From: Bacteroidota bacterium
GTDB taxonomy: Bacteria > Bacteroidota > Bacteroidia > Bacteroidales > FEN-979
Direction of reading: 5' to 3'
NCBI GenBank assembly: GCA_026391805.1
Contig: JAPLDJ010000012.1
Location: 9,268 to 73,267 of the forward strand
Length of the DNA: 64,000 nucleotides
This document shows, in pieces, positions 17,588 through 26,675 of this stretch (positions are counted from its first letter, which is position 1; every line of letters starts with the position of its first letter). The notes beneath the pieces were generated by a model, which was not told the DNA's origin, ran no database searches, and was given only the letters and a program-made list of their open reading frames with translations. The translations under genes were made by a program, and so were the position numbers.

Positions 17588-17701
17588 AAAGTGAAAAGTG
17601 AAAAGCTAATCTGTGACCAATCCGTGTTAATCTGTGGAAATCTGTGGTGAAAAATAAATAGCGAAAAGCGAATGGCGCATGGCGCTCAGCGCTAAGCGAA
17701 T
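17570..17701 (+). repeat. GTGAAAA x5, ATCTGTG nonamer words, GGTGAAAAATAAAT, (A/G)GCGNNN heptamers x6
   Basis: Direct reading. The first three GTGAAAA units lie inside the SDR CDS and contain its TGA stop. Confidence 0.95.
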
Positions 17702-17739
17702 AGTAATATATACCAATTAAAAACCAAAAAGCCAGCCCT

Positions 17740-18249
17740 ATGCGAACCCCGATCCCTCTAAAAGACCGCAAAACCGATTACATCTACATTGCCTTTTTTT
17801 TCGTGAACCTGCTTTTCATAACCTATATCGTTGACCTTGAGCAGCTGGTAATTAAAGACCCCGCCAATTTCAAATACCCCATCTGGCCGTTGCCGTTTTT
17901 TGTGGACATGGTTCACTGGTGGGGAAACACTTTCGACCCGCTTCAGAATGCCCGTCCGGTGTGGTGGAAAGCCACGATCTGGCTGGATGTCCTCTTTTTC
18001 GGGCCCTACTATCTTGCAGCCGCTTATGCCTTCATCAAAGGGAAGGACTGGATCCGGATACCGACCTTCATCATCATGTCGATCCTGTTTACCAACGTAT
18101 TCATCATTTTGAGCGAAGAACTCTGGGGACCGACTCCTGCAAGGAATTTACCGATGGTGCTGCTGGCAAATGCACCGTGGTTCCTTTTTCCTGTATTTCT
18201 TATCTGGAAAATGTGGAAGAATCCGTATCCATTTTCGAAAGAGGGATAA
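17740..18249 (+). CDS. EXPERA-domain membrane protein (TMEM97/sigma-2 receptor / EBP-like)
   Basis: 169 aa, 4 TM. Colinear with human TMEM97 as I recall it: VDLEQL vs MDLQAV, FDPLQNARPVWWK vs KDPLLQEPPAWFK, AAAYAFIKGKDWIRIPTFII vs IATYAFLKGSCKWIRTPAII. Confidence 0.7.
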   Translation: MRTPIPLKDRKTDYIYIAFFFVNLLFITYIVDLEQLVIKDPANFKYPIWPLPFFVDMVHWWGNTFDPLQNARPVWWKATIWLDVLFFGPYYLAAAYAFIKGKDWIRIPTFIIMSILFTNVFIILSEELWGPTPARNLPMVLLANAPWFLFPVFLIWKMWKNPYPFSKEG

Positions 18250-18285
18250 GTTTCTTACAAAAACATACCTGTTTCTGTTAAGCAG

Positions 18286-18468
18286 ATGACCCCTCCAAAA
18301 GGGGGTGACTAAAAAGAAAAAGTATGCTGAATATTTTCCTTTGTGTGACTTTGTGTGAACTTCGAGTCCTTTGTGGTTAATCACTTAAAATTTAACCACA
18401 AAGGCCACAAAGGGCTTCACAAAGGCGAATAAGTACTTTTTAGTCAACCCCCGAAGTGGTGGGGTCAT
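18286..18468. repeat. MITE-like nested palindrome (~31-nt imperfect terminal inverted repeats around a CTTTGTG/CACAAAGG hairpin)
   Basis: Left end is ATGACCCCTCCAAAAGGGGGTGACTAAAAAG. The reverse complement of the right end is ATGACCCCACCACTTCGGGGGTTGACTAAAAAG. Core stem CCTTTGTGGTTAA / TTAACCACAAAGG. Confidence 0.75.
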
Positions 18469-18485
18469 TGCTATTTGTCCCAATG

Positions 18486-19643
18486 TCATTGCAAATGCAA
18501 GGTGATCGATACGATTTCGGGGCGGTTGCCGAGGCGGACCGGCGGTCCCCAGGTGCCAAAACCGGAGGAGACATAGAATTGCGTATTCCCTTTTTTCAGA
18601 TACCCCCAGCTCAGCTCATACATCGCATTGGTGATGTAGTTGAATGGCCAGATCTGCCCGTGGTGCGTGTGTCCTGACAATTGCAGATCGACGCCAAGCT
18701 TTTCCGGAACCGAAAGCTGGAACGGCTGGTGATCCATTAATATGATCGGATAGGAACGGTCAACATCCTTAAGTATCTCCTCCAGCGGTTTTCGCTGTTT
18801 CCCCATAAAACGCGACCGGTCACGATCCTCCCTTCCCGCAAGGTAAAAACGATCGTCAATCAGAACTGCAGTGTCCGAAAGAAAGCAGATGTTGTGAGCC
18901 TTCAGGTAAGCCACAGCTTCTTTTGCGCCGCCGATGTATTCATGATTTCCTGTAACCGCCCAGACGCCAAGCGGCGCATGAAGGGTTTTTAGCATTTCTC
19001 CAAGGTTCCGGCGGATCACAGGTTTCAGGTCCTCATCCACAATGTCCCCGGCAAAAAGGATGATGTCGGGGTGAAGGTCATTGATCATCCTCACAAGCCG
19101 TGAAGCGCCTCTTCTTCCGACCAGTGTTCCGAGGTGAATATCCGAAGCCATCGCGATCTTCAATGTTTTTTCACCCTTGATTTTTTTTTCAATCTGAAGA
19201 TCGATGACTTTTATTTTGGTGTTCCTGGCATTGATGAAACCGGCGCCAACGATCATCGTAATAAGTCCCATTGAGATCAGGAGGGTGATCAGTTTGGTCT
19301 TCTGATAATCGGCATAAAATATTTGAGGGAAAAAGGGAAGGAAATGGTGGATCACTCTTGCAACATCGATCAGCAAAACGATCATCAGGAAATAGACCAT
19401 GGCGCCCAGCCAGAAGGATCCGATCCAGGTCATCACTTCGGTGAAATCACACGGGTAAGCTCTTTCCCGGATCCTTGCCACCACGAATGAAAATGCAAGG
19501 ACCCAGAATGCGATGATGGCCCAGATTCGCACTGATGAATCCGCAGGAATGGCTTGTATGAACCGGCTGAAAATATAATAATTGACAAGCCCGTAAATGA
19601 TCAGGACGATGCCGAAGAAAACGATGAACTGGTATACTTTCAT
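18486..19643 (-). CDS. Membrane-anchored metallophosphoesterase (YkuE-like)
   Basis: ASDIHLG, GDIVD, GNHE and GHTHHGQ motifs, with N-terminal TM helices. ATG at 19643 is 1 nt after the upstream TGA. Confidence 0.85.
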   Translation of the reverse strand: MKVYQFIVFFGIVLIIYGLVNYYIFSRFIQAIPADSSVRIWAIIAFWVLAFSFVVARIRERAYPCDFTEVMTWIGSFWLGAMVYFLMIVLLIDVARVIHHFLPFFPQIFYADYQKTKLITLLISMGLITMIVGAGFINARNTKIKVIDLQIEKKIKGEKTLKIAMASDIHLGTLVGRRGASRLVRMINDLHPDIILFAGDIVDEDLKPVIRRNLGEMLKTLHAPLGVWAVTGNHEYIGGAKEAVAYLKAHNICFLSDTAVLIDDRFYLAGREDRDRSRFMGKQRKPLEEILKDVDRSYPIILMDHQPFQLSVPEKLGVDLQLSGHTHHGQIWPFNYITNAMYELSWGYLKKGNTQFYVSSGFGTWGPPVRLGNRPEIVSITLHLQ

Positions 19644-19644
19644 T

Positions 19645-21201
19645 TCAGAACTGGAAATAGATGAACGACTGGATTCCCGCGATCCTGAACTGGTAAATGA
19701 TGATGACAATGCAGGCAATTATGAGAAACTTTATATATTCCGGCGCGGTGACAAAGGAACGCTGCAACCCCTCTTTTATTTTTGATGGCGCCCAGATCAG
19801 CAGGAAACCGGTAAGGATGAGCATGAATACATTCCTGTATGCTGAAATGACCTGGAAGATCAGCTCCGGGTGGAACTGAAAAATGAGCTTCCGGAACAGG
19901 ATGCTGAAGCTTTCGTAGCTGCTGATCCGGAATATGATCCAGGAAAAAACAATAAAATGAAAGGTGAAGAACCGGGAAGCGAACAGGCTGAGTCGAGATG
20001 TTTTACTTGTTGGCCGCGACTTCGGATAAAAGATTTTGTGGATGGCCAGCGCCACTCCCTGCAAGGCGCCCCAGAGAATGAAATTCAAGGCGGCGCCGTG
20101 CCATAGCCCGCATAGCAGAAAGGTGATAAAGATCCCGGCCATGTAGATCAGCATTTCTGTTTTTATGCCGAAGTACTTTGGCTTTCCCATTTTATCCGAA
20201 AGGTAATAGGCAAAGGGAAGGAAGAGGTAATCGCGGAACCAGGTGGTCAGGCTCATGTGCCAGCGCCTCCAGAAATCGCTGATGTTCCTGGCTTTGTAAG
20301 GAGCATCGAAGTTCGGCGGCAGCCTGAACCCGAGCAGCAGCGCGATCCCGATGGCAAGATCGGTATAGCCTGAAAAATCAAAATAGATCTGCAGTGCATA
20401 ACCGTACAATGCAAGGAGGCTTTCGAAACCGGTAAAGAGGTTGGGATTTTCGAAAACTCTTCCCACAAAATTTGCAGAAATATAATCAGCGAAAACGATC
20501 TTCTTGACAAGACCTGACAGGATCAGGAAACCAGCGAGGCCGAATTCTTCCTTACTCAGGGAATAAGCCGCCCTCACCTGCGGTAAGAAGTGCTGGGGTT
20601 TGACGATCGGCCCGGAGATCAGGTTGGGAAAGAAGGTGATGTAGAACCCGAATTCCCTGAAATTGCGGATGGGTTCGATCCGCTTGCGGTATACTTCAAT
20701 CGAATAGCTGATCGCCTGGAAGGTGTAAAACGAAATCCCGACAGGAACAAGAATATCCGTAAGGCTAAGACTGCTGCCGGTCATCCCGTTGATCCCCCAG
20801 GAGATGAAATTGAAAACATGAAGATGAGTCCCGAAGACATCGTTCATGAGTCCGATGAAAAAACCGGTGTACTTGAACCAGACCAGCATCCCTAGATTGA
20901 ACAGCAGGCTCAGCAGCAAAATCTTTTTCCGTTGGGTTTTATCCTCTTTCTTTCCGCTCCAGATACCAAAGAAATAATTGACCAGTACCGTAAGAAAAAG
21001 AAGGATGACAAAAGATCCACCTGTTTTATAATAGAAAAAGAGGCTTGTTACAAAAAGAAAGGTGTTCCGGATGCCAATCTTTTGGTAGATCAATGAAAAA
21101 ATAAAAAGGTGAACACCGAAAAAAATCCAGAACCTGAGCCCTGTAAAGATCAGCGGGGAAGATGGATCATAACTGAAAAAACCTTCGAGAAATTCCATCA
21201 T
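19645..21201 (-). CDS. MBOAT-family O-acyltransferase (AlgI/PatA/DltB-like)
   Basis: Polytopic membrane protein; FWRRWHMSLTTWFRDYLF motif with the conserved His. ATG at 21201 overlaps the upstream TGA. Confidence 0.88.
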   Translation of the reverse strand: MMEFLEGFFSYDPSSPLIFTGLRFWIFFGVHLFIFSLIYQKIGIRNTFLFVTSLFFYYKTGGSFVILLFLTVLVNYFFGIWSGKKEDKTQRKKILLLSLLFNLGMLVWFKYTGFFIGLMNDVFGTHLHVFNFISWGINGMTGSSLSLTDILVPVGISFYTFQAISYSIEVYRKRIEPIRNFREFGFYITFFPNLISGPIVKPQHFLPQVRAAYSLSKEEFGLAGFLILSGLVKKIVFADYISANFVGRVFENPNLFTGFESLLALYGYALQIYFDFSGYTDLAIGIALLLGFRLPPNFDAPYKARNISDFWRRWHMSLTTWFRDYLFLPFAYYLSDKMGKPKYFGIKTEMLIYMAGIFITFLLCGLWHGAALNFILWGALQGVALAIHKIFYPKSRPTSKTSRLSLFASRFFTFHFIVFSWIIFRISSYESFSILFRKLIFQFHPELIFQVISAYRNVFMLILTGFLLIWAPSKIKEGLQRSFVTAPEYIKFLIIACIVIIIYQFRIAGIQSFIYFQF

Positions 21202-22448
21202 CACTCTTTATGTGAATCTATATAAGATTCCCAGGCATCCATAAATGCATCGAACAGCAGGTCGCCCTGGATGATGTAGCCCTGTTTGTCGAAATGAAGC
21301 TTATCCCTTGCCACCAGTCCCGCCTTGTACCATTTCATGATCGATTTTGTACCGCCCATGATCGTATAAAAATCCCAGACCGCGCAGCCGGTCTCCTTTG
21401 CAACCTCGAAAATGCCTTCCCTTGCGGCGATCATATTCAGGTTATCATACCGCCTTTTCCGGTAACTGTCGCCCGGCACCGTTAGCAAGACTGGCAATCC
21501 TGGGTCAACCTTCCGGATGGAATTGATCAAAGACTTATAATTGCTGACGAATTGTTCTTTATCAAAGTGGAGCGGATAAGCATCATTGGTCCCCAGGGAT
21601 ATTATGATCCAGTCGGGATGCATCAAGCGAAGCTGGCTCTCAAGCTGATCACAGCGAAGAAATGAAGTGACCTCGGCACCGTTGACACCTGCCGCCGAAT
21701 AGACAATACCAGGATCCCCGTTTTCGAAATCGATCCCGTAGAGCCTGAAGCTGCTTCCGGTGGTATCTTCCTTCACGATCCTGATCCGCAGTGAATCAAG
21801 GATGAAATCGAAATCAACATCCGTATAACCCTTATGCGGCTGCGGATTCACCATGTACCTGCCCTCAAGGTCCGGGAAATCAAAACAGACTGTTGTATCC
21901 GTCGGATCATGGAAAATGCGAACCCGGTTGAACTGCCTGAAAACCGCGTTATTCTTAAAACGGAAAATCATTGTTGCCAGGGTATCGCGCGTTTCCGTTG
22001 CAATTCCTGTAAGGCCGAGGCTGCAGGTTTTCTTCAGTTCAACATTCCTGCAGGAAACCCATTTCCCGGTGAACTTTACAACATAATCTGCCGGGTTGTT
22101 TGTTTTTGCGATCCGGTAAGGGAAGATCAGTCCGCGCGCACCACAGCCCGATGAAACATAGGCCGTGAAGTTCTTCCGCATCTCTTCCGGAATAAATCCT
22201 GCCTGGATGTGCGAATCGCCGATCTGCACAATGTTTACGGTTCCTTCACCCCTCATGACAAGGTCATTCAGCCGCTGAAAAAGCTTTTCATAGGTTTTTC
22301 CGGAGTTTCTCGGGAAGATGAACCTGTTCATCCCGGTTTCTGCAACAGGAACAAGCGAATTCATCCCCGCATTATTTTGCGCATGAAGCACTGACCACCC
22401 GGTAAGGCAAAATGCAATAACAAGGCTTGTTTTATTCAGCATCCTCAT
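21201..22448 (-). CDS. SGNH/GDSL hydrolase-fold protein, secreted
   Basis: IGDSHIQAG block I, SLGTNDA block. ATGA overlap with the upstream gene. Confidence 0.75.
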   Translation of the reverse strand: MRMLNKTSLVIAFCLTGWSVLHAQNNAGMNSLVPVAETGMNRFIFPRNSGKTYEKLFQRLNDLVMRGEGTVNIVQIGDSHIQAGFIPEEMRKNFTAYVSSGCGARGLIFPYRIAKTNNPADYVVKFTGKWVSCRNVELKKTCSLGLTGIATETRDTLATMIFRFKNNAVFRQFNRVRIFHDPTDTTVCFDFPDLEGRYMVNPQPHKGYTDVDFDFILDSLRIRIVKEDTTGSSFRLYGIDFENGDPGIVYSAAGVNGAEVTSFLRCDQLESQLRLMHPDWIIISLGTNDAYPLHFDKEQFVSNYKSLINSIRKVDPGLPVLLTVPGDSYRKRRYDNLNMIAAREGIFEVAKETGCAVWDFYTIMGGTKSIMKWYKAGLVARDKLHFDKQGYIIQGDLLFDAFMDAWESYIDSHKE

Positions 22449-23893
22449 GGGTTGGTCCTGACAAATTCGTTATAATCGTTGATCAGCGCGGAATAAAACA
22501 TCTTGCCGACGATCCTGGCTCCTGCATAATTAAAGTGCAGGAAATCGGTGGTAGCCAGCGGTTCTTTCGCAAAAACCCAGCTGGGCATCGAATTTTTTCC
22601 GCCCATCGCTTCATAGAGATTCCAGAAGACACAGTTCGCTTTCATCGCAGCGGCCTTCTGGGCTTTCAGTATTTTTTCAACACTCGGTATGGATTCATAG
22701 GCATCGCCGTTCTTCCGTGAAGCATCCGATACCCCGATCACAATGATGCAGAGGTCAGGAACCAGGCTCCGGATCTGGCTTAGCTGGGTATAAAGCGCAT
22801 TCTCATACCAGGAATAGTCGTCGAGATCACCGGGGATCACATTTACACCAAACTGCAGGATCATCAGCTTCACATTGAGGATCCGGTAAATTTCCGTAAG
22901 CAGCGCCGGGTTCATCCGTGTAAATTCCAGTCCCGAACTCCCGCGGATCGCGATGTTATCAACCGATATTCCTGAAGGCGTGTCGAGGCAGATCCCGTAA
23001 AAGTCGGGACTTCCCTGGCCGGAAAAACGGATCGTCAGGCTGGACGGGGAATTATTGAACAATAGTTCATATTCCTTCAGCGACCGGCTTTGCACCAATG
23101 TATCTGTACGAATCTGTGACTCCCCGTTGAAAATGCTCATCTTCACCGGCTGCTGGAAATTTTCGTAGAAGATCCTGCATCTCCGGTACTGCCCGGCCCT
23201 GTCCCACGCAGTTTTTCGCTCTTTAAAGGTGACCCAGGCTTCTAAAGGTTTTCCGTTATTTGTCGAAGAATCCCTGGTCAAAGGGACGAATCGGAAATAG
23301 CTGCCGAGCGGTCCGTAAGGATGGGTTCCCTGGTCCTTGTATTTCGTTCCCATCAGGTTATGATGATTCCAGTTATCGGAAACAGAAGAGAGCAGCGCGA
23401 GGCGATACGTCTCCTCGCCGATGGGCAGCATCCCCGGGCCGCTTCCGCCAAATTCAGCCTGGAACCGTGAACGCAGGTAATCAGAGATCCGGTCGCCTTC
23501 CAGCTGTGAATCTCCGTAATGGAGGATGTGGATGGCTTCACCTGTTTTCAGGGAACTTTCAAGGGCACTGAAGAAAGGATGAAGAAGAGATTTATCATTC
23601 CCCGGGTAATCGAGCGGCTGGGATGCAAGTTTTACCGCTGTTGAGTCCCGTAAAGGTATCGAATCGTTTTTTACGATCCTGACCAGTGAATCGGTATCCG
23701 AACGTTTCTGTTCAAGGATGGAAGCAATGTTGGCATATTCCGTTTCTTCCGGCCGGAAGACCTTCTTCATCGAAGGAAAACGAAAAGCATATCCGTTGCC
23801 AATGTTCATGTTCCTGTCGGGAATGAAAAGCGATAAAAGACCGAAAAAGAGGAAGAGGGTAAATAGAAGGAGAAAGATTCGTATCGGTTTCAT
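22445..23893 (-). CDS. SGNH/GDSL hydrolase-fold protein, membrane-anchored
   Basis: HYGDSQLEGD block I, IGVSDAS block, N-terminal TM helix. Confidence 0.75.
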   Translation of the reverse strand: MKPIRIFLLLFTLFLFFGLLSLFIPDRNMNIGNGYAFRFPSMKKVFRPEETEYANIASILEQKRSDTDSLVRIVKNDSIPLRDSTAVKLASQPLDYPGNDKSLLHPFFSALESSLKTGEAIHILHYGDSQLEGDRISDYLRSRFQAEFGGSGPGMLPIGEETYRLALLSSVSDNWNHHNLMGTKYKDQGTHPYGPLGSYFRFVPLTRDSSTNNGKPLEAWVTFKERKTAWDRAGQYRRCRIFYENFQQPVKMSIFNGESQIRTDTLVQSRSLKEYELLFNNSPSSLTIRFSGQGSPDFYGICLDTPSGISVDNIAIRGSSGLEFTRMNPALLTEIYRILNVKLMILQFGVNVIPGDLDDYSWYENALYTQLSQIRSLVPDLCIIVIGVSDASRKNGDAYESIPSVEKILKAQKAAAMKANCVFWNLYEAMGGKNSMPSWVFAKEPLATTDFLHFNYAGARIVGKMFYSALINDYNEFVRTNP

Positions 23894-23946
23894 CACGCGT
23901 CGGGTAGGGTTGGATCAGGAAGAAACGGGATCAGCGATGACCGTTG

Positions 23947-25275
23947 TCATTTCTTTGTTGCAGGAGAATGACCGGCAGGTTGTGCGTTTGTCCTATAGGC
24001 CGAGTAGATGATCAGCTGCTGCCCGACCCTGAGGCTGGTTGATTTCAGGTGGTTCCAGGTTTTGAGATCCGTCACCGTGACATGGAATTTCGAAGCAATA
24101 GCGCCAAGGTTATCCCCTGATTTTACCGTATAGTAGACTGTGTTCTTGTGCTGGGTGCCGGTATGAGTTTCGTTCTGCACAATGTAGGAACCCGGAAAAA
24201 GGGTCGCACTTTGCCGGGTGGCAAGAACAACAGAATCTTTATAATTATAGATGGAATCTTTAAGTGTTCTGAATTTATCTCCATACGAAATGGGCAGGTT
24301 CAGGACACATCTTTTAGTGCTTCCCGGAAGGATATCGTGCTTGTATTGCGGATTCAGCTCCCTGAGGATGTCCATCGGAATATCAAGCACTTTCGAAACC
24401 TGCCTCAGGTGAAGTTCTTTCGTGATACTGACCGTATCTGATGCAAACGGAAGATCGGCCTGCAGCGGCTTCAGCTTAAGAGCATCATGGTAGTTCACAA
24501 AGTAGGTCATGGCCATGTAGGCAGGCATGTAATCCCTTGTTTCTGCAGGAAGGAAAGGATAGAGGCTCCAGAAATCGCGTTTCCCGTTCGCCCTGCGGAT
24601 CGCCTTGTTTACAACAGCCGGTCCCGCAACGAAAGCGGTGAGGGCCAGCGTCCAGTCCTGGTAAATGGAATAAAAATCCTTGAACTGCCGTGCAGCCGCA
24701 TCGGTCGATTTTTCATAGTTACGCCGCTCGTCCACCATCGAATTGATCTCAAGCTTGTACAGCTTTCCGCTGATGTACATGATGTTCCAGATACCTGAGG
24801 ATCCGTAGACAGAAGAAGATCCTGGGTTGAAGGCGGAGATCACGGAAGGAAGATAGGCAAGCTCATGGGGTACATGGTATTTATCGAAAACCGACTGAAA
24901 GAGCGGGACATAATGATCGGCGAGTGTGAGCAGCAGGCAGGATGCTTCCGGCCGCTTGAAAAGAAGTACATCGATAAAATCCTTTACCTTCTGGTTATAG
25001 CCGACGTTGATAACCGAATTCATCTCACCCACCTGCCGGGATATCTCCGTTTCCGACAAAGCCCTGAGGCCCGGAAGCGCTGTTGCCAGCATCAGGTTGT
25101 TCTCCTGATCATATCCTTTCAGCGCCTGGCGGAAATGACCCCAATAAAGTGAATCAAGCTGAAGCTGGAAATAGGAGGGGTTGAAAAAAACGGAGTCAAG
25201 GTTGATGTGACCGCGCGAATATCCCGCGAAGGTCAGAAGCACTGAAAACAATAAGCAGGTGATCTTCCTGTACAT
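23947..25275 (-). CDS. MltD-like lytic-transglycosylase-fold protein with C-terminal LysM; catalytic Glu position is Ile
   Basis: LPSVISAFNPGSSSVYGSSGIWNIM aligns with LPIVESAFDP..AAGIWQI of MltD (from memory). LysM: YTVKSGDNLGAIASKFHVTVTDLKTWN. Confidence 0.75.
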   Translation of the reverse strand: MYRKITCLLFSVLLTFAGYSRGHINLDSVFFNPSYFQLQLDSLYWGHFRQALKGYDQENNLMLATALPGLRALSETEISRQVGEMNSVINVGYNQKVKDFIDVLLFKRPEASCLLLTLADHYVPLFQSVFDKYHVPHELAYLPSVISAFNPGSSSVYGSSGIWNIMYISGKLYKLEINSMVDERRNYEKSTDAAARQFKDFYSIYQDWTLALTAFVAGPAVVNKAIRRANGKRDFWSLYPFLPAETRDYMPAYMAMTYFVNYHDALKLKPLQADLPFASDTVSITKELHLRQVSKVLDIPMDILRELNPQYKHDILPGSTKRCVLNLPISYGDKFRTLKDSIYNYKDSVVLATRQSATLFPGSYIVQNETHTGTQHKNTVYYTVKSGDNLGAIASKFHVTVTDLKTWNHLKSTSLRVGQQLIIYSAYRTNAQPAGHSPATKK

Positions 25276-25295
25276 TCGGTTTATGAAGATTATTT

Positions 25296-25340
25296 CTCTG
25301 TGAACCTCCGTGCTTCTCTGTGAACCTATGTGAAATAAAA
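25296..25340. repeat. Half copy of the CTCTGTGAACC element
   Basis: CTCTGTGAACCTCCGTGCTTCTCTGTGAACCTATGTGAAATAAAA resembles 13905-13955. Confidence 0.8.
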
Positions 25341-25482
25341 TACCGGAGGGGTAATCTGCGCCTGCAAAGAAACGGAATTTCCTCCAAACAACCGCATGCA
25401 GATGGCTGATTTAAGATTTTTTAACGCTGATCTCCGGGACAGGAAGATTTGTTTTACTTTTGCCGGACATTTCAATATCCAT

Positions 25483-26667
25483 ATGATATTTCACTGCTTC
25501 CGCTCCTGGTACCGCTTTGGATTTCTTTTTTTGCTGACAACCTTATTCCTGACCTCCTGCGCCCAGAACCAGGCTTCAAAAGCCCCGGGAACGGCCTCCA
25601 AAGATGATCCGGCATTAAAGAATGTTTCCGCGAAAGGCCCATTGCCCGATTCCCTGGTCGATGAGCTTGCATCCGTCATTGCAGGAATCGGGTCTGACAA
25701 GATATGCAGGGAACTTACGACCGGCAAGGAGTGGGTCGTTTACCAGCAACAGATCAAAAGCGACTGGAAACTGGTGGAGAAGAACAAGACCGGTCCGATC
25801 TCACGCTGGAGAGAGAAGAACATAAACCCGGGAAAAACAGATACAACCACGTTGTTTTACCCCTTTGCAGGCGCCGATTTCCTTTATGCCAACGCCTTCT
25901 TTCCCGATGCCCGGAATTACTTGCTGATCGGGCTCGAACCCATCGGGAAGCTGCACCGGTGTGATACCATGAAAAGAGCTGATTTCCTGGCTTATCTTGA
26001 AAAAATCCGCTCCGCGATGTATTATTCCAACCACCTCGGTTTCTTCCGCACCCTGAGCATGGAGGAAGATCTCAACCAGCAATCGCTCGACGGTACGCTG
26101 CCGCTGATCGTTTTCTACATCCGCAAGACCGGCCATCATATAACCCGGATTTCTTATTTTACTATTGATAAGAATGGGAAGATGGAACCCTGCAGCCAGG
26201 ATACGGCCACCATCGGGGTGAAAGTGGATTTTACAGATTCAACCATGACCAGGAAGCAATCCCTTTGCTATCTATCTTATGACCTGTCTGACAAGAATCT
26301 TAAAAAACATCCCGAACTGCTTGAATTCGTAACGTTGGCGGGCAGCCAGGCCTGTTTCCTGAAAGCTGCATCCTACCTGATGTTCACTGCCGATTTCCAG
26401 GTGATGAAAAATTACCTGCTTGACAATGAAAAATCCATCCTCCAGGATGATTCCGGAATTCCCTACAGGTTTTTCAGGTCGAAAAAATGGGATGTTAAGC
26501 TATTCGGCGACTATACCCAGACCATCGATCTCTTCAAGTACAAGTTTCAGCCCGACCTGCAGGCGGCTTATGAAAAGCTGGAGAAAAAGAACCCGGTTCC
26601 CTTCAGGATCGGCTACAATGTGAAGTTCAACGAGACCAACCTGCTCTTTGCCACCCGCAAAAACTGA
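25483..26667 (+). CDS. Hypothetical lipoprotein
   Basis: Internal ATG gives MIFHCFRSWYRFGFLFLLTTLFLTSC (lipobox-like). No motif recognised. Confidence 0.6.
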   Translation: MIFHCFRSWYRFGFLFLLTTLFLTSCAQNQASKAPGTASKDDPALKNVSAKGPLPDSLVDELASVIAGIGSDKICRELTTGKEWVVYQQQIKSDWKLVEKNKTGPISRWREKNINPGKTDTTTLFYPFAGADFLYANAFFPDARNYLLIGLEPIGKLHRCDTMKRADFLAYLEKIRSAMYYSNHLGFFRTLSMEEDLNQQSLDGTLPLIVFYIRKTGHHITRISYFTIDKNGKMEPCSQDTATIGVKVDFTDSTMTRKQSLCYLSYDLSDKNLKKHPELLEFVTLAGSQACFLKAASYLMFTADFQVMKNYLLDNEKSILQDDSGIPYRFFRSKKWDVKLFGDYTQTIDLFKYKFQPDLQAAYEKLEKKNPVPFRIGYNVKFNETNLLFATRKN

Positions 26668-26675
26668 CCCTGCCG

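Noticed and set aside
17570-17701. Possible CRISPR array, because of regular short repeats.
   Set aside because: The units are 7-9 nt and directly abutting with no spacers. No cas genes are in the window. This is not CRISPR architecture.
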